Below are positions 41,470-51,900 of a stretch of 64,000 nt of DNA, in pieces; position 1 is the first letter of the stretch; the number at the start of each line of letters is the position of its first letter. This DNA is from Lentisphaeria bacterium (GTDB lineage Bacteria; Verrucomicrobiota; Lentisphaeria; Oligosphaerales; CAITYL01), in the NCBI GenBank assembly GCA_041648735.1, contig JBAZOO010000011.1:13540-77539 (forward strand). The letters run 5' to 3'. A model generated the notes under the pieces. That model searched no databases and was not told where the DNA came from. It worked only from the letters and a program-made list of their open reading frames with translations. Both the position numbers and the translations under genes were made by a program.

Positions 41470-42221
41470 TCTCTGGGATCCTCTCGGTGTCCAGTTTCTT
41501 TCAGGGAACGGCTCATGGCCTGTGCCGCCGCCACGATCCGGCGGACGATCTGTTTGCCCAGCGTGACGTCGAACCTGGAAAGCGGCACACTGATCCCCAA
41601 GGCGAGGATCCCCCGCCCCGCGGCGTCGAACACCGGAACGCCGAAGGCCGCCACCCCGCTCCGGTTGTAGTCCGTCAACTCGGCATGACCGGCGTCGCGG
41701 ACGGCGCGCAGCCGCTGTTCAAGCCCGGCGATTTCCGCATGCCGGGGCCGGGCCTGGAGGTAGGCCGTAATGGTGCCGACGTCCTGCCAAGCCAGCAGCG
41801 CCTGGCCGCAGGCCATGAGGTGCGGATCGGCCAACTCCCCCGTCGGCGGCACCGAAGTTGACAACTCCTTTTCGCAAGTGCGGGAACAGACGCACTGGAA
41901 GGCGCCGCGGTCGCAGGCCAGGGCCACGGTGGTCTCCCCGAACTCCCGGAAGAGCGCCTGCACGTGCGGCCGGGCCAGGTCGCCCAGCCGCGCCGGAAGG
42001 TCGGCGGCGCGCCCCAGAAACACCGCCGCCAAGCCGACGCGATACCGGCGCGAATCTTCGTCAAATTCCAGGTATTGCCGGGCCTGGAGGGTTTTGAGCA
42101 ACTGTTGGGCGGTGGGCGGCTTCATGCCGGTCAGGCGCGCCAGTTCGCGGACGCCGATCCAGTCGCCGTGGCTGGCGACGGTGTTGAGCAGGGTGAGCGC
42201 CTTGTTGACGGACTGGACCAT
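41466..42221 (-). CDS. IclR-family transcriptional regulator
   Basis: VQSVNKALTLLNTVA...IGVRELARLTGMKPPTAQQLLKTL HTH plus an IclR effector domain. Start at ATG 42221. Confidence 0.88.
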   Translation of the reverse strand: MVQSVNKALTLLNTVASHGDWIGVRELARLTGMKPPTAQQLLKTLQARQYLEFDEDSRRYRVGLAAVFLGRAADLPARLGDLARPHVQALFREFGETTVALACDRGAFQCVCSRTCEKELSTSVPPTGELADPHLMACGQALLAWQDVGTITAYLQARPRHAEIAGLEQRLRAVRDAGHAELTDYNRSGVAAFGVPVFDAAGRGILALGISVPLSRFDVTLGKQIVRRIVAAAQAMSRSLKETGHREDPRD

Positions 42222-42435
42222 GTTTGTTCCGTTATGGTGAACGATGTTTTGCGATGTCGGACAATGTACCGCCCAAGCAAGGAAGTGGCAACCCCGAACG
42301 GAGCCCGCCGGGAGCGGCAAACTCCGCCCCTTTCCGTTGCGGCTCAGCCGGCCGGCACGATTGCCATGCACCGGGAACGGAAAGAGGAACCAAGCGAAGG
42401 CCGCGTCCAAAGACGGCGCGAAAGGCAACGGCGGT

Positions 42436-44709
42436 TCAGCACGACACCGACACGTGGAACTCCCGGCCCGGGGAATATGGCAGGACGGGCCCGTCCCAGG
42501 CGGTGCCGTCCACCCACACTTCCCGCCCGGCGCTTTCCTTGCCGCGGCCGGCTTGCCGATATTCGATCCGGTAGGTGGCGCCGCGGAAACGGCGGGTGAT
42601 CGCGGCCTGCTTCCAGCCGGAGGGGAGGCAGGGGAGCAGCGTCAGCCCCGCCAAGGTCGGCTTCACTCCGAAAATGTGCTGCGTCACCGCCCGGACGATC
42701 CAGCCGGCGGTGCCGGTGAGCCAGCCCATCTCCGATTCCCCTTGGCGGTAGCCTGAAGCCGGGCCGTAATAGGCGTTGTTGACGACAAATGGCTCGCCGT
42801 GGATGAAGCCGCGTTCCGGGGTGAAGGGCAGGAGCTTCCGCAGCCGGCGCCAGGCGGCGTCGCCGCGGCCGGCCACGCAGTCGGCCACGACGGCGAAGGC
42901 GGCGGCGTGCTGGTAGAAGCCAGCGTTGACGTTGCAGCCGGGGCGGGTCGCGCTGAGGAAGCCGATCTCCGGGCGGTAGTGGTCGAAGCCGCGTTCCATG
43001 GTCAGCGTGCCCTGCTCCAGTTCGAGCCGCCGTTCCATGGCTTCCAGCAGGCGGCGCGCCTCCGCACCCTCGACCGCGCCGCTCAGGACGCCCCAGGCCT
43101 GGACGATCAGGTCAATGCCTTCCGCGGAATCGGCGGCGTGCAGGGGCAGGCCGTCATCGGTGAAGCCGCGGAGGAAGACCCCGTGGCTGGCATCGAAGGC
43201 CTGGCGGCGGATGGCTTCCAGCAGGGTGGTGCGGCAACGCCGGGCCCAGGCGGCGTCCGCCTTTTGCCCCGCGCCTGCCGCCAGCTCGGCGAAGTCATGT
43301 AGCGCCACGCACAGGGCCTGGGAGAGCCAGACGCTTTCCCCCTGGCCGCGCCTTCCCGCCGCGTTCAGGAGGTCGTTCCAGTCGCCGCGGTGGATTTTCG
43401 AGAGCCCGTGCGCCCCCCGGTCCTTCCAAAGGTGGCGGAGCGCCCGCCGGAGGTGTTCATGGACCGGGGCGGCCGGCCCGTCGTGGAAGGGAACTTCTTC
43501 CCGCAGCAACTGCAAATCGCCGGTTTCCATCACGATGGCGTGCGCGGCCAATGGCAGCCACACCGGCGAGTCGGCATACTCCTGTTCCACCACCCCGCCG
43601 CCGATCCAGGCCCGCGGGGCGTAGCCGCTGGCGTACTGGAACGACAGGACCTGCTTGAACTTCTTCCAGGCCGCGGCGGGGTCCTGGATGGCCAGCGCGG
43701 CATTGTCCTGGGCCAGGTCGCGGATGCCGTTGTAATAGACCCGGGCCCAGGAGGCGTTGAGGCGGAGCTGGTGTTGGAGGAAGCCGTTGAGGAAGGAATC
43801 CACCGCCTTTTCCGGAGTCTCCACCCGCCAGGCGCCGCAGCGCTGCACCGCCGCCAGGCGCGCCCGTTCCAATTCCGCCGGCACGTCCAAGGCCGCCGCC
43901 CGCCGCAGCTCTTCCTCGGTGGCGAACAACCCAGTCACCATCCCCAAATCCGCCTTTTCCCCCGGCGCCAGGGCCAGCTCCGTTTCCAGGGCCAGGATCG
44001 GGCGTTCATAATCGCATAACGAGCCGGTGCAGCCGCCGTGCGCCACCAGCGCCTCCGGAGCCTGCACGCTGCCATACGGGCCGACAAACGCGGCGCGGCG
44101 GGTGTCGAAGTTCGACGGCTGGCGGTCCATGAGCAGGAACGCGCCATGCACCGTGCCGTCGGTGAAATGCGCCAGATGCGAGCCGGTGCGGACGATGTCG
44201 GCCACCGTCGCGCCCCGGCATTCCGCCCGGGAACGGCCGGCCGTTCCCGCGGGAAAGCCGCCCCCGACCGCGCAATCCACGAAAGGGACCACCCGCAGGC
44301 GGCGGGCCTGCCTTCCCAGGTTTTCCACCGTCAGGTGCCACAGCTCGAAGGTCCCGGCTTCGGGCACGCCGATTTCCAGCCGGCTGCGGACTCCCGCATG
44401 TTCGCGCGTGACCGACAGCTTGCCGATGGCGTGGAGGCAGGAAAAGGGCTCGTCCGTGGGCGGCAGCGGCAGGCCGAGGGCCGTCCAGCGTTCGCCGCTT
44501 TCCAGGTCAATGATCCAGAGGGCGCGTCCCGCGTGCAGGTCCAGCCGGTGGCCGCGGGGATCCTGCGAGAGGGCGTAGCCCTGCCCCGCCTGGGTGCAGG
44601 AGGCGATGAACGATTCATTCCACAGGAAGGTAGTCCAGGGGCGCGGCGAGCGCGGGTCAGTCTGGACAAAGCCGCTGCCGTCGTCGGTGAAGTGGCCGTA
44701 CAGGTTCAT
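42436..44709 (-). CDS. GH94-like glycoside phosphorylase (cellobiose/chitobiose-phosphorylase-related (alpha/alpha)6 enzyme)
   Basis: 757 aa. HRGDWNDLLN catalytic-type motif, ..GESVWLSQAL.., ..NNAYYGP.., ..GWLTGTAGW... Confidence 0.75.
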   Translation of the reverse strand: MNLYGHFTDDGSGFVQTDPRSPRPWTTFLWNESFIASCTQAGQGYALSQDPRGHRLDLHAGRALWIIDLESGERWTALGLPLPPTDEPFSCLHAIGKLSVTREHAGVRSRLEIGVPEAGTFELWHLTVENLGRQARRLRVVPFVDCAVGGGFPAGTAGRSRAECRGATVADIVRTGSHLAHFTDGTVHGAFLLMDRQPSNFDTRRAAFVGPYGSVQAPEALVAHGGCTGSLCDYERPILALETELALAPGEKADLGMVTGLFATEEELRRAAALDVPAELERARLAAVQRCGAWRVETPEKAVDSFLNGFLQHQLRLNASWARVYYNGIRDLAQDNAALAIQDPAAAWKKFKQVLSFQYASGYAPRAWIGGGVVEQEYADSPVWLPLAAHAIVMETGDLQLLREEVPFHDGPAAPVHEHLRRALRHLWKDRGAHGLSKIHRGDWNDLLNAAGRRGQGESVWLSQALCVALHDFAELAAGAGQKADAAWARRCRTTLLEAIRRQAFDASHGVFLRGFTDDGLPLHAADSAEGIDLIVQAWGVLSGAVEGAEARRLLEAMERRLELEQGTLTMERGFDHYRPEIGFLSATRPGCNVNAGFYQHAAAFAVVADCVAGRGDAAWRRLRKLLPFTPERGFIHGEPFVVNNAYYGPASGYRQGESEMGWLTGTAGWIVRAVTQHIFGVKPTLAGLTLLPCLPSGWKQAAITRRFRGATYRIEYRQAGRGKESAGREVWVDGTAWDGPVLPYSPGREFHVSVSC

Positions 44710-45205
44710 GGTGTCTCAGTGATGGTTTGTGGTTTGGAGGGCGGCCCGGATAATGGCGAAGATTTCCAGGGCGTGAATCCCGTGCGCCGCCGCCGTGGGA
44801 TGGTTGGGTCCGCCCGGGTTCGGGGTGGCCGAAGTCAAAGCCGCACCCGGCGAGCGCGCCGAGGTCGCCGTCGCCGGTGCAGTCGATGAACACCCGGCCC
44901 TCGACCGCCTCGCGCCCGGATTTGGACTCGGTGATCACGTGGGTCAACCGCCGGTGCCGCAGGGATTCCCGGATTTCCCGCATCAGCCCGGGCTTGTTTT
45001 CATGGTCGAGAATCCAGCCCAGCAGGCCGGAGGTCCAAATCCCGCCCAGGCAGCCCTGCGCCTCAAGCAGCAATGTTTTCGCCCCATGCCGCGCCGCGCG
45101 GATGGCCGCGGCCACGCCCGCCGGGCCGCCGCCGCAGACAACGACGTCTGCATCGCCCGTCACGGGCGTCCGGCGGGCGGGTTCATGGCAGGCGTCCCGG
45201 CTCAT
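44657..45205 (-). pseudogene. FAD-dependent oxidoreductase (PF12831-like) fragment, truncated
   Basis: DVVVCGGGPAGVAAAIRAARHGAKTLLLE and VFIDCTGDGDLGALAG are present. Only about 165 aa of recognisable sequence remains, and the frame then runs as low-complexity sequence into the GH94-like start. Confidence 0.5.
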
Positions 45206-47961
45206 GGGTTTCCCCCCTTTTGAAGGGCGCGGAACTTGCCGGTGCTCAGCTTCTCGTTGTCCAGCAGGAGGGGCCGCGGCGGCACCGGTTCCTGCCCTTC
45301 CGCCAGCGGCTGTATCTTGATCAGCCGCATCGAGGCGGGAAGCATCTGGAAGGAAAATGCCGGCGTGGCCGGCGCCTTGAATTTTTCCGACTTGACGGAA
45401 TACGGCAGCTCCACGGGCGCCCCCGGCGGGATGTAGCCAATGTGGCGCATCGAATCCAACTGCCACTGCGTCACCGTGTAGCCCGCCCATTGCTCGCCGG
45501 CGAGATTGATGGACACGTCGCGGATCGGGGAATTCTCCGGCGCGTCATACCAGACAAGGATGGCGATCCCCTTTCCGTCGCGGAACGCCATGGCCTGGAC
45601 GCGGTCGTTTTCGCCGGCCACGGCGAGGCGGTCGTTCTGTTCCGGCAACTGCGCCCAGAGCCAATGGCCCCAATAGGAAGGCTTGAGGTAGCCGTCGCCG
45701 GTGATCATGCCCCATTTCCAGCCCGGGTTGGGATAGTCGCGGAAGCAGAAGAACCCCCCGATGTCGAGGCCGGCTTCGGCCATGGCCTTGATGTTGGAGG
45801 CGTTGTAGGTGGCGGCGCTGGTCGTCGCCCGGTGATACACCTGACCGCTGCTGACCACGCCCCATTCGTCCACCGCGATCTTCACGCGCTGAAGGCCGCG
45901 CTGGTCGAGTTCCGCCCGCAGGTCCTTGATTTCCGCGGCCTGGCGCCCGGAGGTGGAGTTGTATTGATGGAAGCTGAAGATGTCGAGGTTCTTGGGGTTC
46001 TTCCCAATCTCATCGAGGAATGCCTGGTAGATGCCGGACTTGGCGTTGCCGAACTCCATGCCGGCCATCTTCAGCTTCGGCTCGAAGTCCTTCACCGCCT
46101 GGGCGGCCACGCGCCAGATCATGATCGAGGTAGCCGGGGGCGCCTTGAGCGGTGAAAACTCCGGCTCGTTGTAGCTGGTGAAATAGTTGACGCTCAGCTT
46201 GTTGTCCTTGAGGGCCTGGAGGAACGCGGTGACGGTCTCCCGCCATTCCCTTTGGAACTTTTCGCTGCTCGCCCATTGGGCGGCCGGAATGGGTTTGTTT
46301 TTTTTATCCAGGCGAATGACCCCCGGCGGATTGGCCAGGTCAATGATCGGCTCGGCACCGGCGTCGCGCATGGCTCTGACCACGGCCAGCGATTCGCTGA
46401 AATCATAGGCCAGCTTGCCGTCCGCGCCCCGCGTCACCTTGGCCAGGGAAAGCACGTGGCACTTGCGGTAGAACCGCGGGCGCAGGGGCTTGACCAATTC
46501 CGGAATCAGGAAATCGCCGCCGGTTTCGACACCGCCCTCGCTGAGGTCCCGCCACACCGGCTCGACCGGCGGCAGGACTTTCTGGGGATCGACGGCCAGC
46601 CGGACCGGATCGGCAATGCCGCCGCGCAGCAGCACCGTCCGGCCCGGTGGCGAGGCCGGCCCGGGCCCGGCGGCGCCCTTCCCGGCACCAACGGCCTGAT
46701 TGCCCTGCGGATTGAAGCCGAGATCAATGTCGTCGCTGGCGGGGCTGAACTCCTCGCCGGCCGGCGCCAGGATGACCTTGTAGAGATGAAAGAGGTAAGC
46801 GTCGTCGGGGAAGGAGCGGCGCTTCGTGACGGTGAAGCGCAGCGAGTGTTCGCCCGGTTTCAAGTCCGCCTTGGCGAACTTCACCCAGCACGGCATGCCC
46901 TTGAGCGAGCCTTCCAGCGCCTTGCCTTCCCGCGGGGGCGCGCCGTCGAAGCTCCAAGCCCAGGCCGAGAGGTGCGGCACGTCGCCGGTGCCGAAGACCA
47001 GCGCCCAGGCGTCATATTCCCCCGCCGTTGCCGGGGTGATGTCAAAGGCGAATTCCGCGAAATACGGGGCGCTCGGCTCGATGCTGCTTTCCGCGCGAAG
47101 GTCAACGGTCAGCCCGGCGGCGCCGCTCTTGGGCTGGCCCCAGGAAAGATTGGTCGCCTTGACCGCGGTGGAATCAACCAGGATGGCGGGCTTGCCGGAC
47201 CATGGCTTGACGACCGGTTCCGCCAGCCTGCCGTTCTGGAGCGAGACCCTGAAGTTGTCCGCGCGCATCTTCGGATCGTTGGGCTGGGGGAAATTATCCA
47301 TGATGCCGGCGGTCTTGATGTCGGGCTGGAAATCGCCGAGCGCATGCCCGTCGAGAACCTTGTGGCCGTTGAGCGTCACGGTGACGGCGTTGGCCGGCTT
47401 GTCGTAGAGAATCTCCGCATGGGTCGGCTTCTCCGGATCAAAGCCGTACTCCTCCGCCTTGACGCCTTTCAGCATGGTGGCGGTGGCATTGGCGTAAATC
47501 TGGACCTGGCCGGCTTTCGTGATCACCAGCCACAACTGTCCGGGCGTCTCCTTGCTCCAGAACAGGTCCTTCCCCTTGGAAAAGCCCATCCCCAGCCATT
47601 GCGCGCCGCCCGGCTGGAGATCCGCTTCCAGTTTGACTTGGAAATCCCCCTCGGGGGCGCAGTCCACCAAGGCGGCCATCTTGCCGCCATTGATGTTGCC
47701 GTTGCCGACGGCGCCGTCCGGCGAGATTTTGAACAGCGCGGCGTTGCCCCGGGTCACCCAGACGCGCGCGCCCTTTTCGGTCGTGCTTCCCGCGAGCGGG
47801 CTGTCCGCCGGGCGCTCGGGGCCGACGGTGAAGCTGTCCTCGACCACCGTCTCCCAGCCCGCGCCGCGCGCAATCCCCGGCAGCGCCAGCAAAAGCGCCG
47901 CCGCCAGCAAATTCCGAAACTGAAAGTTCAGCGTTTTCAAAAAAACACTCCTTTTCTTCAT
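45202..47961 (-). CDS. secreted LamG/concanavalin-like domain + clan GH-A (TIM-barrel) glycoside hydrolase
   Basis: Signal peptide. The N-terminal 250 aa are paralogous to the next gene. The C-terminal half carries ..YNEPE.. (acid/base) and ..VDEWG.. (nucleophile)-type motifs. Confidence 0.75.
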   Translation of the reverse strand: MKKRSVFLKTLNFQFRNLLAAALLLALPGIARGAGWETVVEDSFTVGPERPADSPLAGSTTEKGARVWVTRGNAALFKISPDGAVGNGNINGGKMAALVDCAPEGDFQVKLEADLQPGGAQWLGMGFSKGKDLFWSKETPGQLWLVITKAGQVQIYANATATMLKGVKAEEYGFDPEKPTHAEILYDKPANAVTVTLNGHKVLDGHALGDFQPDIKTAGIMDNFPQPNDPKMRADNFRVSLQNGRLAEPVVKPWSGKPAILVDSTAVKATNLSWGQPKSGAAGLTVDLRAESSIEPSAPYFAEFAFDITPATAGEYDAWALVFGTGDVPHLSAWAWSFDGAPPREGKALEGSLKGMPCWVKFAKADLKPGEHSLRFTVTKRRSFPDDAYLFHLYKVILAPAGEEFSPASDDIDLGFNPQGNQAVGAGKGAAGPGPASPPGRTVLLRGGIADPVRLAVDPQKVLPPVEPVWRDLSEGGVETGGDFLIPELVKPLRPRFYRKCHVLSLAKVTRGADGKLAYDFSESLAVVRAMRDAGAEPIIDLANPPGVIRLDKKNKPIPAAQWASSEKFQREWRETVTAFLQALKDNKLSVNYFTSYNEPEFSPLKAPPATSIMIWRVAAQAVKDFEPKLKMAGMEFGNAKSGIYQAFLDEIGKNPKNLDIFSFHQYNSTSGRQAAEIKDLRAELDQRGLQRVKIAVDEWGVVSSGQVYHRATTSAATYNASNIKAMAEAGLDIGGFFCFRDYPNPGWKWGMITGDGYLKPSYWGHWLWAQLPEQNDRLAVAGENDRVQAMAFRDGKGIAILVWYDAPENSPIRDVSINLAGEQWAGYTVTQWQLDSMRHIGYIPPGAPVELPYSVKSEKFKAPATPAFSFQMLPASMRLIKIQPLAEGQEPVPPRPLLLDNEKLSTGKFRALQKGGNP
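47251..47870 (-). repeat. copy A of a tandem duplication of about 620 bp (LamG-like module)
   Basis: It aligns with 48000-48619 at a 749-nt offset, including an 80-nt identical run (47264-47343 = 48013-48092). Confidence 0.85.
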
Positions 47962-47963
47962 GT

Positions 47964-48731
47964 TTATTGCGCCGCCGCTCCCGTCCGGACCGACACCGTG
48001 AAATTGTCCAGCCGCATCTTCGGATCGTTGGGCTGGGGGAAATTATCCATGATGCCGGCGGTCTTGATGTCGGGCTGGAAATCGCCGAGCGCGCGGGCAT
48101 CCAGCACCTTCTGGCCGTTGAGCGTCACGGTGACGGCGTTGGCTGGGCGGTTGTAGAGAATCTCCGCATGGACGGGCTTCTCCGGATCAAAGCCGTACTC
48201 CTCCGCCTTGACGCCTTTCAGCATGGTGGCGGTGGCATTGGCGAAAATCTGCGCCTGCCCGCCCTTCGTGATCACCAGCCACAACTGTCCGGGCGTCTCC
48301 TTGCTCCAAAACAGGTCGTCGCCCTTCGAAAAGCCCATGCCGAGCCATTGGGCGGCGCCGGGCTGGATGTCCGCCTCGATCTTGATTTCCTGATACCCCG
48401 CGTCCGGCACGCAGTCGAGCAAGGCGACCATCTTGCCGCCGTTGATGTTGCCGTTGCCGACCTGCCCTTCGGGAGTGAGCACGAACAGGGCGGCATTGCC
48501 CTTCGTCCGCCAGACACGTTCCCCTTTCTCGGTCATGGAACCCGCGAGCGGGCTGCCGGCGGGGCGGTCGGCGCCGACGGTGAAGCTGTCCTCGATGGCC
48601 GTCTGCCACTCCCCGGCCCCGGCGCGGCCGGCCGCGGAAAAAGCCAGCAGCAGCGTCGCCAGCGTCCATCCCTTGAGGAGGGCGGTGCTGGCCTTGGCGG
48701 GAGCAAACGGGAAGAGGCGGCGGCTGTCCAT
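47964..48731 (-). CDS. secreted stand-alone LamG/concanavalin-like domain protein
   Basis: Colinear with residues about 30-270 of the downstream 919-aa protein (..EDSFTVG..RPA.SPLAGS.TEKG.RVW...GNINGGKM..QWLGMGFSKG.DLFWSKETPGQLWLVITK..). Confidence 0.8.
   Translation of the reverse strand: MDSRRLFPFAPAKASTALLKGWTLATLLLAFSAAGRAGAGEWQTAIEDSFTVGADRPAGSPLAGSMTEKGERVWRTKGNAALFVLTPEGQVGNGNINGGKMVALLDCVPDAGYQEIKIEADIQPGAAQWLGMGFSKGDDLFWSKETPGQLWLVITKGGQAQIFANATATMLKGVKAEEYGFDPEKPVHAEILYNRPANAVTVTLNGQKVLDARALGDFQPDIKTAGIMDNFPQPNDPKMRLDNFTVSVRTGAAAQ
48000..48619 (-). repeat. copy B of the tandem LamG-module duplication
   Basis: See copy A. Confidence 0.85.
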
Positions 48732-48759
48732 GGTGGGTTCTCCGGGCAACGGGGTTGGG

Positions 48760-50058
48760 TTATGGGGAATTGTCCGCCGGTGGCGGCAAGGTCTGGTGTT
48801 CGCTGCTGACGACCAAGTTCCGCTTGTCGGTCAGGCTGATGAACCAGGCGGTGGCGTCTTCCGGGAGGCTGGCGCTTGCCCGGCGGCGGGCGTCGTCAAT
48901 CGTCGCCGGCAGGCTTTCCCACTTGCGCTCCTGCCATTTCCCCTCGTCGCGGGTGAAGTTCAGCGTGGCGGACACAATCGGGATTTCGGATTGATGCTCC
49001 ACCCAGGCCGTGCCGCCTTCGACTCCCTGCCCCGTGATCTTCGCCAGCGGGGCGCCGCCCTTGACGATGCTGTCGGCAAAGGCCCGGATCTCCTCGGGCG
49101 CCGCCCCCGGCTTCTGGCCGTGGACCAGCCGCACATGGGTGGAGAGGGTGTGCGGGGAGTGCGCCGCCGCCCGGTAGGAGGACTGCACGGCCCGCAACGT
49201 GAAGGCGAAGTCGTTGGTGCCATCCAGCCAGAGCATCGGCAGCGTGGCGGCGGGGAGGTAGTGCAGCGGATCCCACAGCTCCCGCCAGGCATCCACCTTC
49301 GCCATTGGCTCCTTGATGCCGACGAAGCGGGAGCCGTCGTGGTCGTCGCCGGAGATGTAGCCGCAGCCATAGACTGGGGCGGCGAACTTCAGGCGACAAT
49401 CGAGGCCGGCGACGATGCAGGTGACGACCCCGCCCCAGGAGATGCCGGTGATGCCGATCCGCTCGGCGTCCACTTCGGGGAGGGAGGCCAGCAGTGAGGT
49501 GGCCAGGATGGTGTCGGCGACGGCATGGTACATCCACTGGTCGGCGGGCGGCTGCTTGACCTGGTTGGTCGCCCCCATGAACGGCCCGCCGTCGGGGTGC
49601 CTTTGCCAGCCGGTCCCGGCCGCATTTTTCACCGGCACGCAACCGGTATGGTCAAAGGCGATTGCCGCGTAGCCGCGGGCGTTCCAGAGCTGCACCCACT
49701 CGGCATAGGCGGTGCCGCCGCCACCATGCACCAGCACGATCCCCGGCACCTTCCCCCCGGCGCCGGCCGGGGGCAGGCCCAGCCAGGCGAAGACGCGGGT
49801 CGGCTTGCCTTGGAAGGGCAGCCCCTCGAAGAAGATCGGCCGGCAGCCTTCGGCACGGTAGCCATCGGCAGGCCAGGTCCGCGGCGGCGGCCCGAGGCGG
49901 GCCAGGTTCCACGGCGGGTTCGCGGCCTTGCCGGGCGCGGGCTGGGGCTGGGAAAGGGATGTCGCCGCGGCGGGGGCGGCCCCGGCCGGCAGGGCGGCAA
50001 GGCCAAGCAGGGCCGTCAGGCAGCAGGCATGGAAGCGTTTCATGGCGATGGCGGTCAT
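48760..50058 (-). CDS. secreted alpha/beta hydrolase (acetylxylan-esterase / dienelactone-hydrolase-like)
   Basis: Signal peptide, ..VLVHGGGGTAY.., and GISWGG nucleophile elbow. ATG 50043 is an alternative start. Confidence 0.75.
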   Translation of the reverse strand: MTAIAMKRFHACCLTALLGLAALPAGAAPAAATSLSQPQPAPGKAANPPWNLARLGPPPRTWPADGYRAEGCRPIFFEGLPFQGKPTRVFAWLGLPPAGAGGKVPGIVLVHGGGGTAYAEWVQLWNARGYAAIAFDHTGCVPVKNAAGTGWQRHPDGGPFMGATNQVKQPPADQWMYHAVADTILATSLLASLPEVDAERIGITGISWGGVVTCIVAGLDCRLKFAAPVYGCGYISGDDHDGSRFVGIKEPMAKVDAWRELWDPLHYLPAATLPMLWLDGTNDFAFTLRAVQSSYRAAAHSPHTLSTHVRLVHGQKPGAAPEEIRAFADSIVKGGAPLAKITGQGVEGGTAWVEHQSEIPIVSATLNFTRDEGKWQERKWESLPATIDDARRRASASLPEDATAWFISLTDKRNLVVSSEHQTLPPPADNSP

Positions 50059-50070
50059 GCGGGTTGGGGA

Positions 50071-50835
50071 TCAGAGGTTGTCGGGCGGGGGGTAGTCGGC
50101 GTTGAGCCAGCGGTAGGCTTCGTTGACGACCACCAGGACGGGGATGGGTGGGGAGAGGTAGTGGGAGACATGGTTGTCGAGGAAGAGCACGTTGGTGTAG
50201 CGGGAGGAATGGCGGGGGTAGACGTGGGCCTGGTTGGTGCCATCCTTGAGCGTGTGGAACTCGGAAACCCGGGTGCGTTCACCCCGCCCATCGAAGAGGA
50301 ACGCCTTCCCCTCGGGCCGGCTGAACTTGGTGATCGGATAGGCCGGATACTGGCAATAGGCGGAGCCGGCGCCGGTCAGCGTCCCGAGATAGGCATTGAT
50401 CGAAAAGGAAGGGGCGCACAGCGTGGGGTTGGGCGCCCAGCCGCCGGGATTCTCCGGGCAGGTGAAGACGTTGCCCTGCTGCCCGGGCAGCTTCGGCATC
50501 GCCGCGAACTCGTAGACCCGGAAGTCGCTGTAGGAATAGCCGAGATAGGGGGCGAGCTTGTTGGCCCAACTGTAGCGGTGCCCCTTGTTGGAGTCGCCGG
50601 CATAGTCGTCAATGGTGCTGTGGGCAAGGAGCCCGTCCCAGTCGCCCATGTAGAGGGCGTGGGCGATGCCAAGCTGGCGCAGGTTGCCGGCGCAGCCGAT
50701 GCGCTTGGCGGCGTCCTTGGCCTTCCCGAGGGCGGGGAGGAGCAGGGCCGCCAGGATGGCGATGATGGCGATCACCACCAGCAGCTCGATCAGGGTGAAG
50801 CCACGGCGGCGGGAGATGTCGAGTCGCGGTTCCAT
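50071..50835 (-). CDS. prepilin-type N-terminal cleavage/methylation domain protein, DUF1559 (H-X9-DG) family
   Basis: [27 protein letters not shown] is the canonical pseudopilin N-terminus. The body is typical of PVC-group DUF1559 proteins. Confidence 0.88.
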   Translation of the reverse strand: MEPRLDISRRRGFTLIELLVVIAIIAILAALLLPALGKAKDAAKRIGCAGNLRQLGIAHALYMGDWDGLLAHSTIDDYAGDSNKGHRYSWANKLAPYLGYSYSDFRVYEFAAMPKLPGQQGNVFTCPENPGGWAPNPTLCAPSFSINAYLGTLTGAGSAYCQYPAYPITKFSRPEGKAFLFDGRGERTRVSEFHTLKDGTNQAHVYPRHSSRYTNVLFLDNHVSHYLSPPIPVLVVVNEAYRWLNADYPPPDNL

Positions 50836-51809
50836 CAGCCGGTGGCGCCCGGGGTTGGCGGCAGGACGGACTGCCGCTCGATCAACAAGTTGTCGACCAG
50901 GACCTCTTCCGGAGTGGCGTCGCTGGCGGCGAGCTTCCGCATGATCAGCGCCACGGCCTTTTCCGCCACGGTTTCCAACTGCTGGTCAATGGTGGTCATG
51001 GGGGGGGAGAGGAACTTGGAGTAGACCTTGTTCTCCATCGAGATGAGGGAGAGGTCGCCGGGGATTTCCAGCTTCAGCGCCTTGAGGATGTTCCAAATCT
51101 CGATGACGGCGTCCTCCATGCCGATGAAGATCGCGGTCGGCTTCTGGGCCAGCAGTTGGTTGACCACCAGCAGCGGCGAATTGCTGCACAGGGAGCCGCA
51201 GAGCCTGGAGCCGATCTCGATGCCGTGCTCCCGGTAGAATTGCTGGAAGCCGGCGACGCGCTGCATATTGCCCCAGTCCCGGCTGGCCACGATGATCCCC
51301 GCCTGGCGGTGCCCATGCGCCAGCAGGTGCTCCGCCGCCAGCCGCCCGCTCTGTTCATGGTTGCTGGCCACGGTGGAGCAACTGTCCACCCCCGGATAGT
51401 TGACCACGAGCTTCGGGAGGTTTTCCAGCCGGCAGAGAAGCTCTTTCACCGCGTCGTTCCAGGGCAGCGCCAGGACGGCGTCGGCATGGCATTCCCGGAA
51501 CTGGTCCAGGTTCGACTTGGTGAAGATCTCGATGGCGACGTCATGGCCGGAGAGCCGCTCCACCAGGGCCGAGAGCATGGCGGGGATGTAGTGCTGGCGG
51601 GCGCCGTCATGCACGTCAATGAACAGCGCCACCGTCGTCTTGCGCGCCTTCAGCCTGGGGCGGAAGTTGTACTGGGCCGCCGCCCGCAGGACGGCCTGGC
51701 GCGTCTCCGGCGAAGTCCGCCCCCGGCTGTTCAGCACCCGGCTGACCGTCGCGTAGGAGACGCCGGTGATTTTCGCCAGGTCGTAGATGGATTTGGGGCG
51801 GCTTTTCAT
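50835..51809 (-). CDS. LacI-family transcriptional regulator
   Basis: [23 protein letters not shown] plus a periplasmic-binding-like sugar domain. Start at ATG 51809. Confidence 0.88.
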   Translation of the reverse strand: MKSRPKSIYDLAKITGVSYATVSRVLNSRGRTSPETRQAVLRAAAQYNFRPRLKARKTTVALFIDVHDGARQHYIPAMLSALVERLSGHDVAIEIFTKSNLDQFRECHADAVLALPWNDAVKELLCRLENLPKLVVNYPGVDSCSTVASNHEQSGRLAAEHLLAHGHRQAGIIVASRDWGNMQRVAGFQQFYREHGIEIGSRLCGSLCSNSPLLVVNQLLAQKPTAIFIGMEDAVIEIWNILKALKLEIPGDLSLISMENKVYSKFLSPPMTTIDQQLETVAEKAVALIMRKLAASDATPEEVLVDNLLIERQSVLPPTPGATG

Positions 51810-51900
51810 TTTCGGTCTTGGGGTTGAATCCACGGATTCCACGAATTTCCACGACTGGGTTTGGTGTCAATCCGGGCAATCCGTGGACAACAGAATTCAC

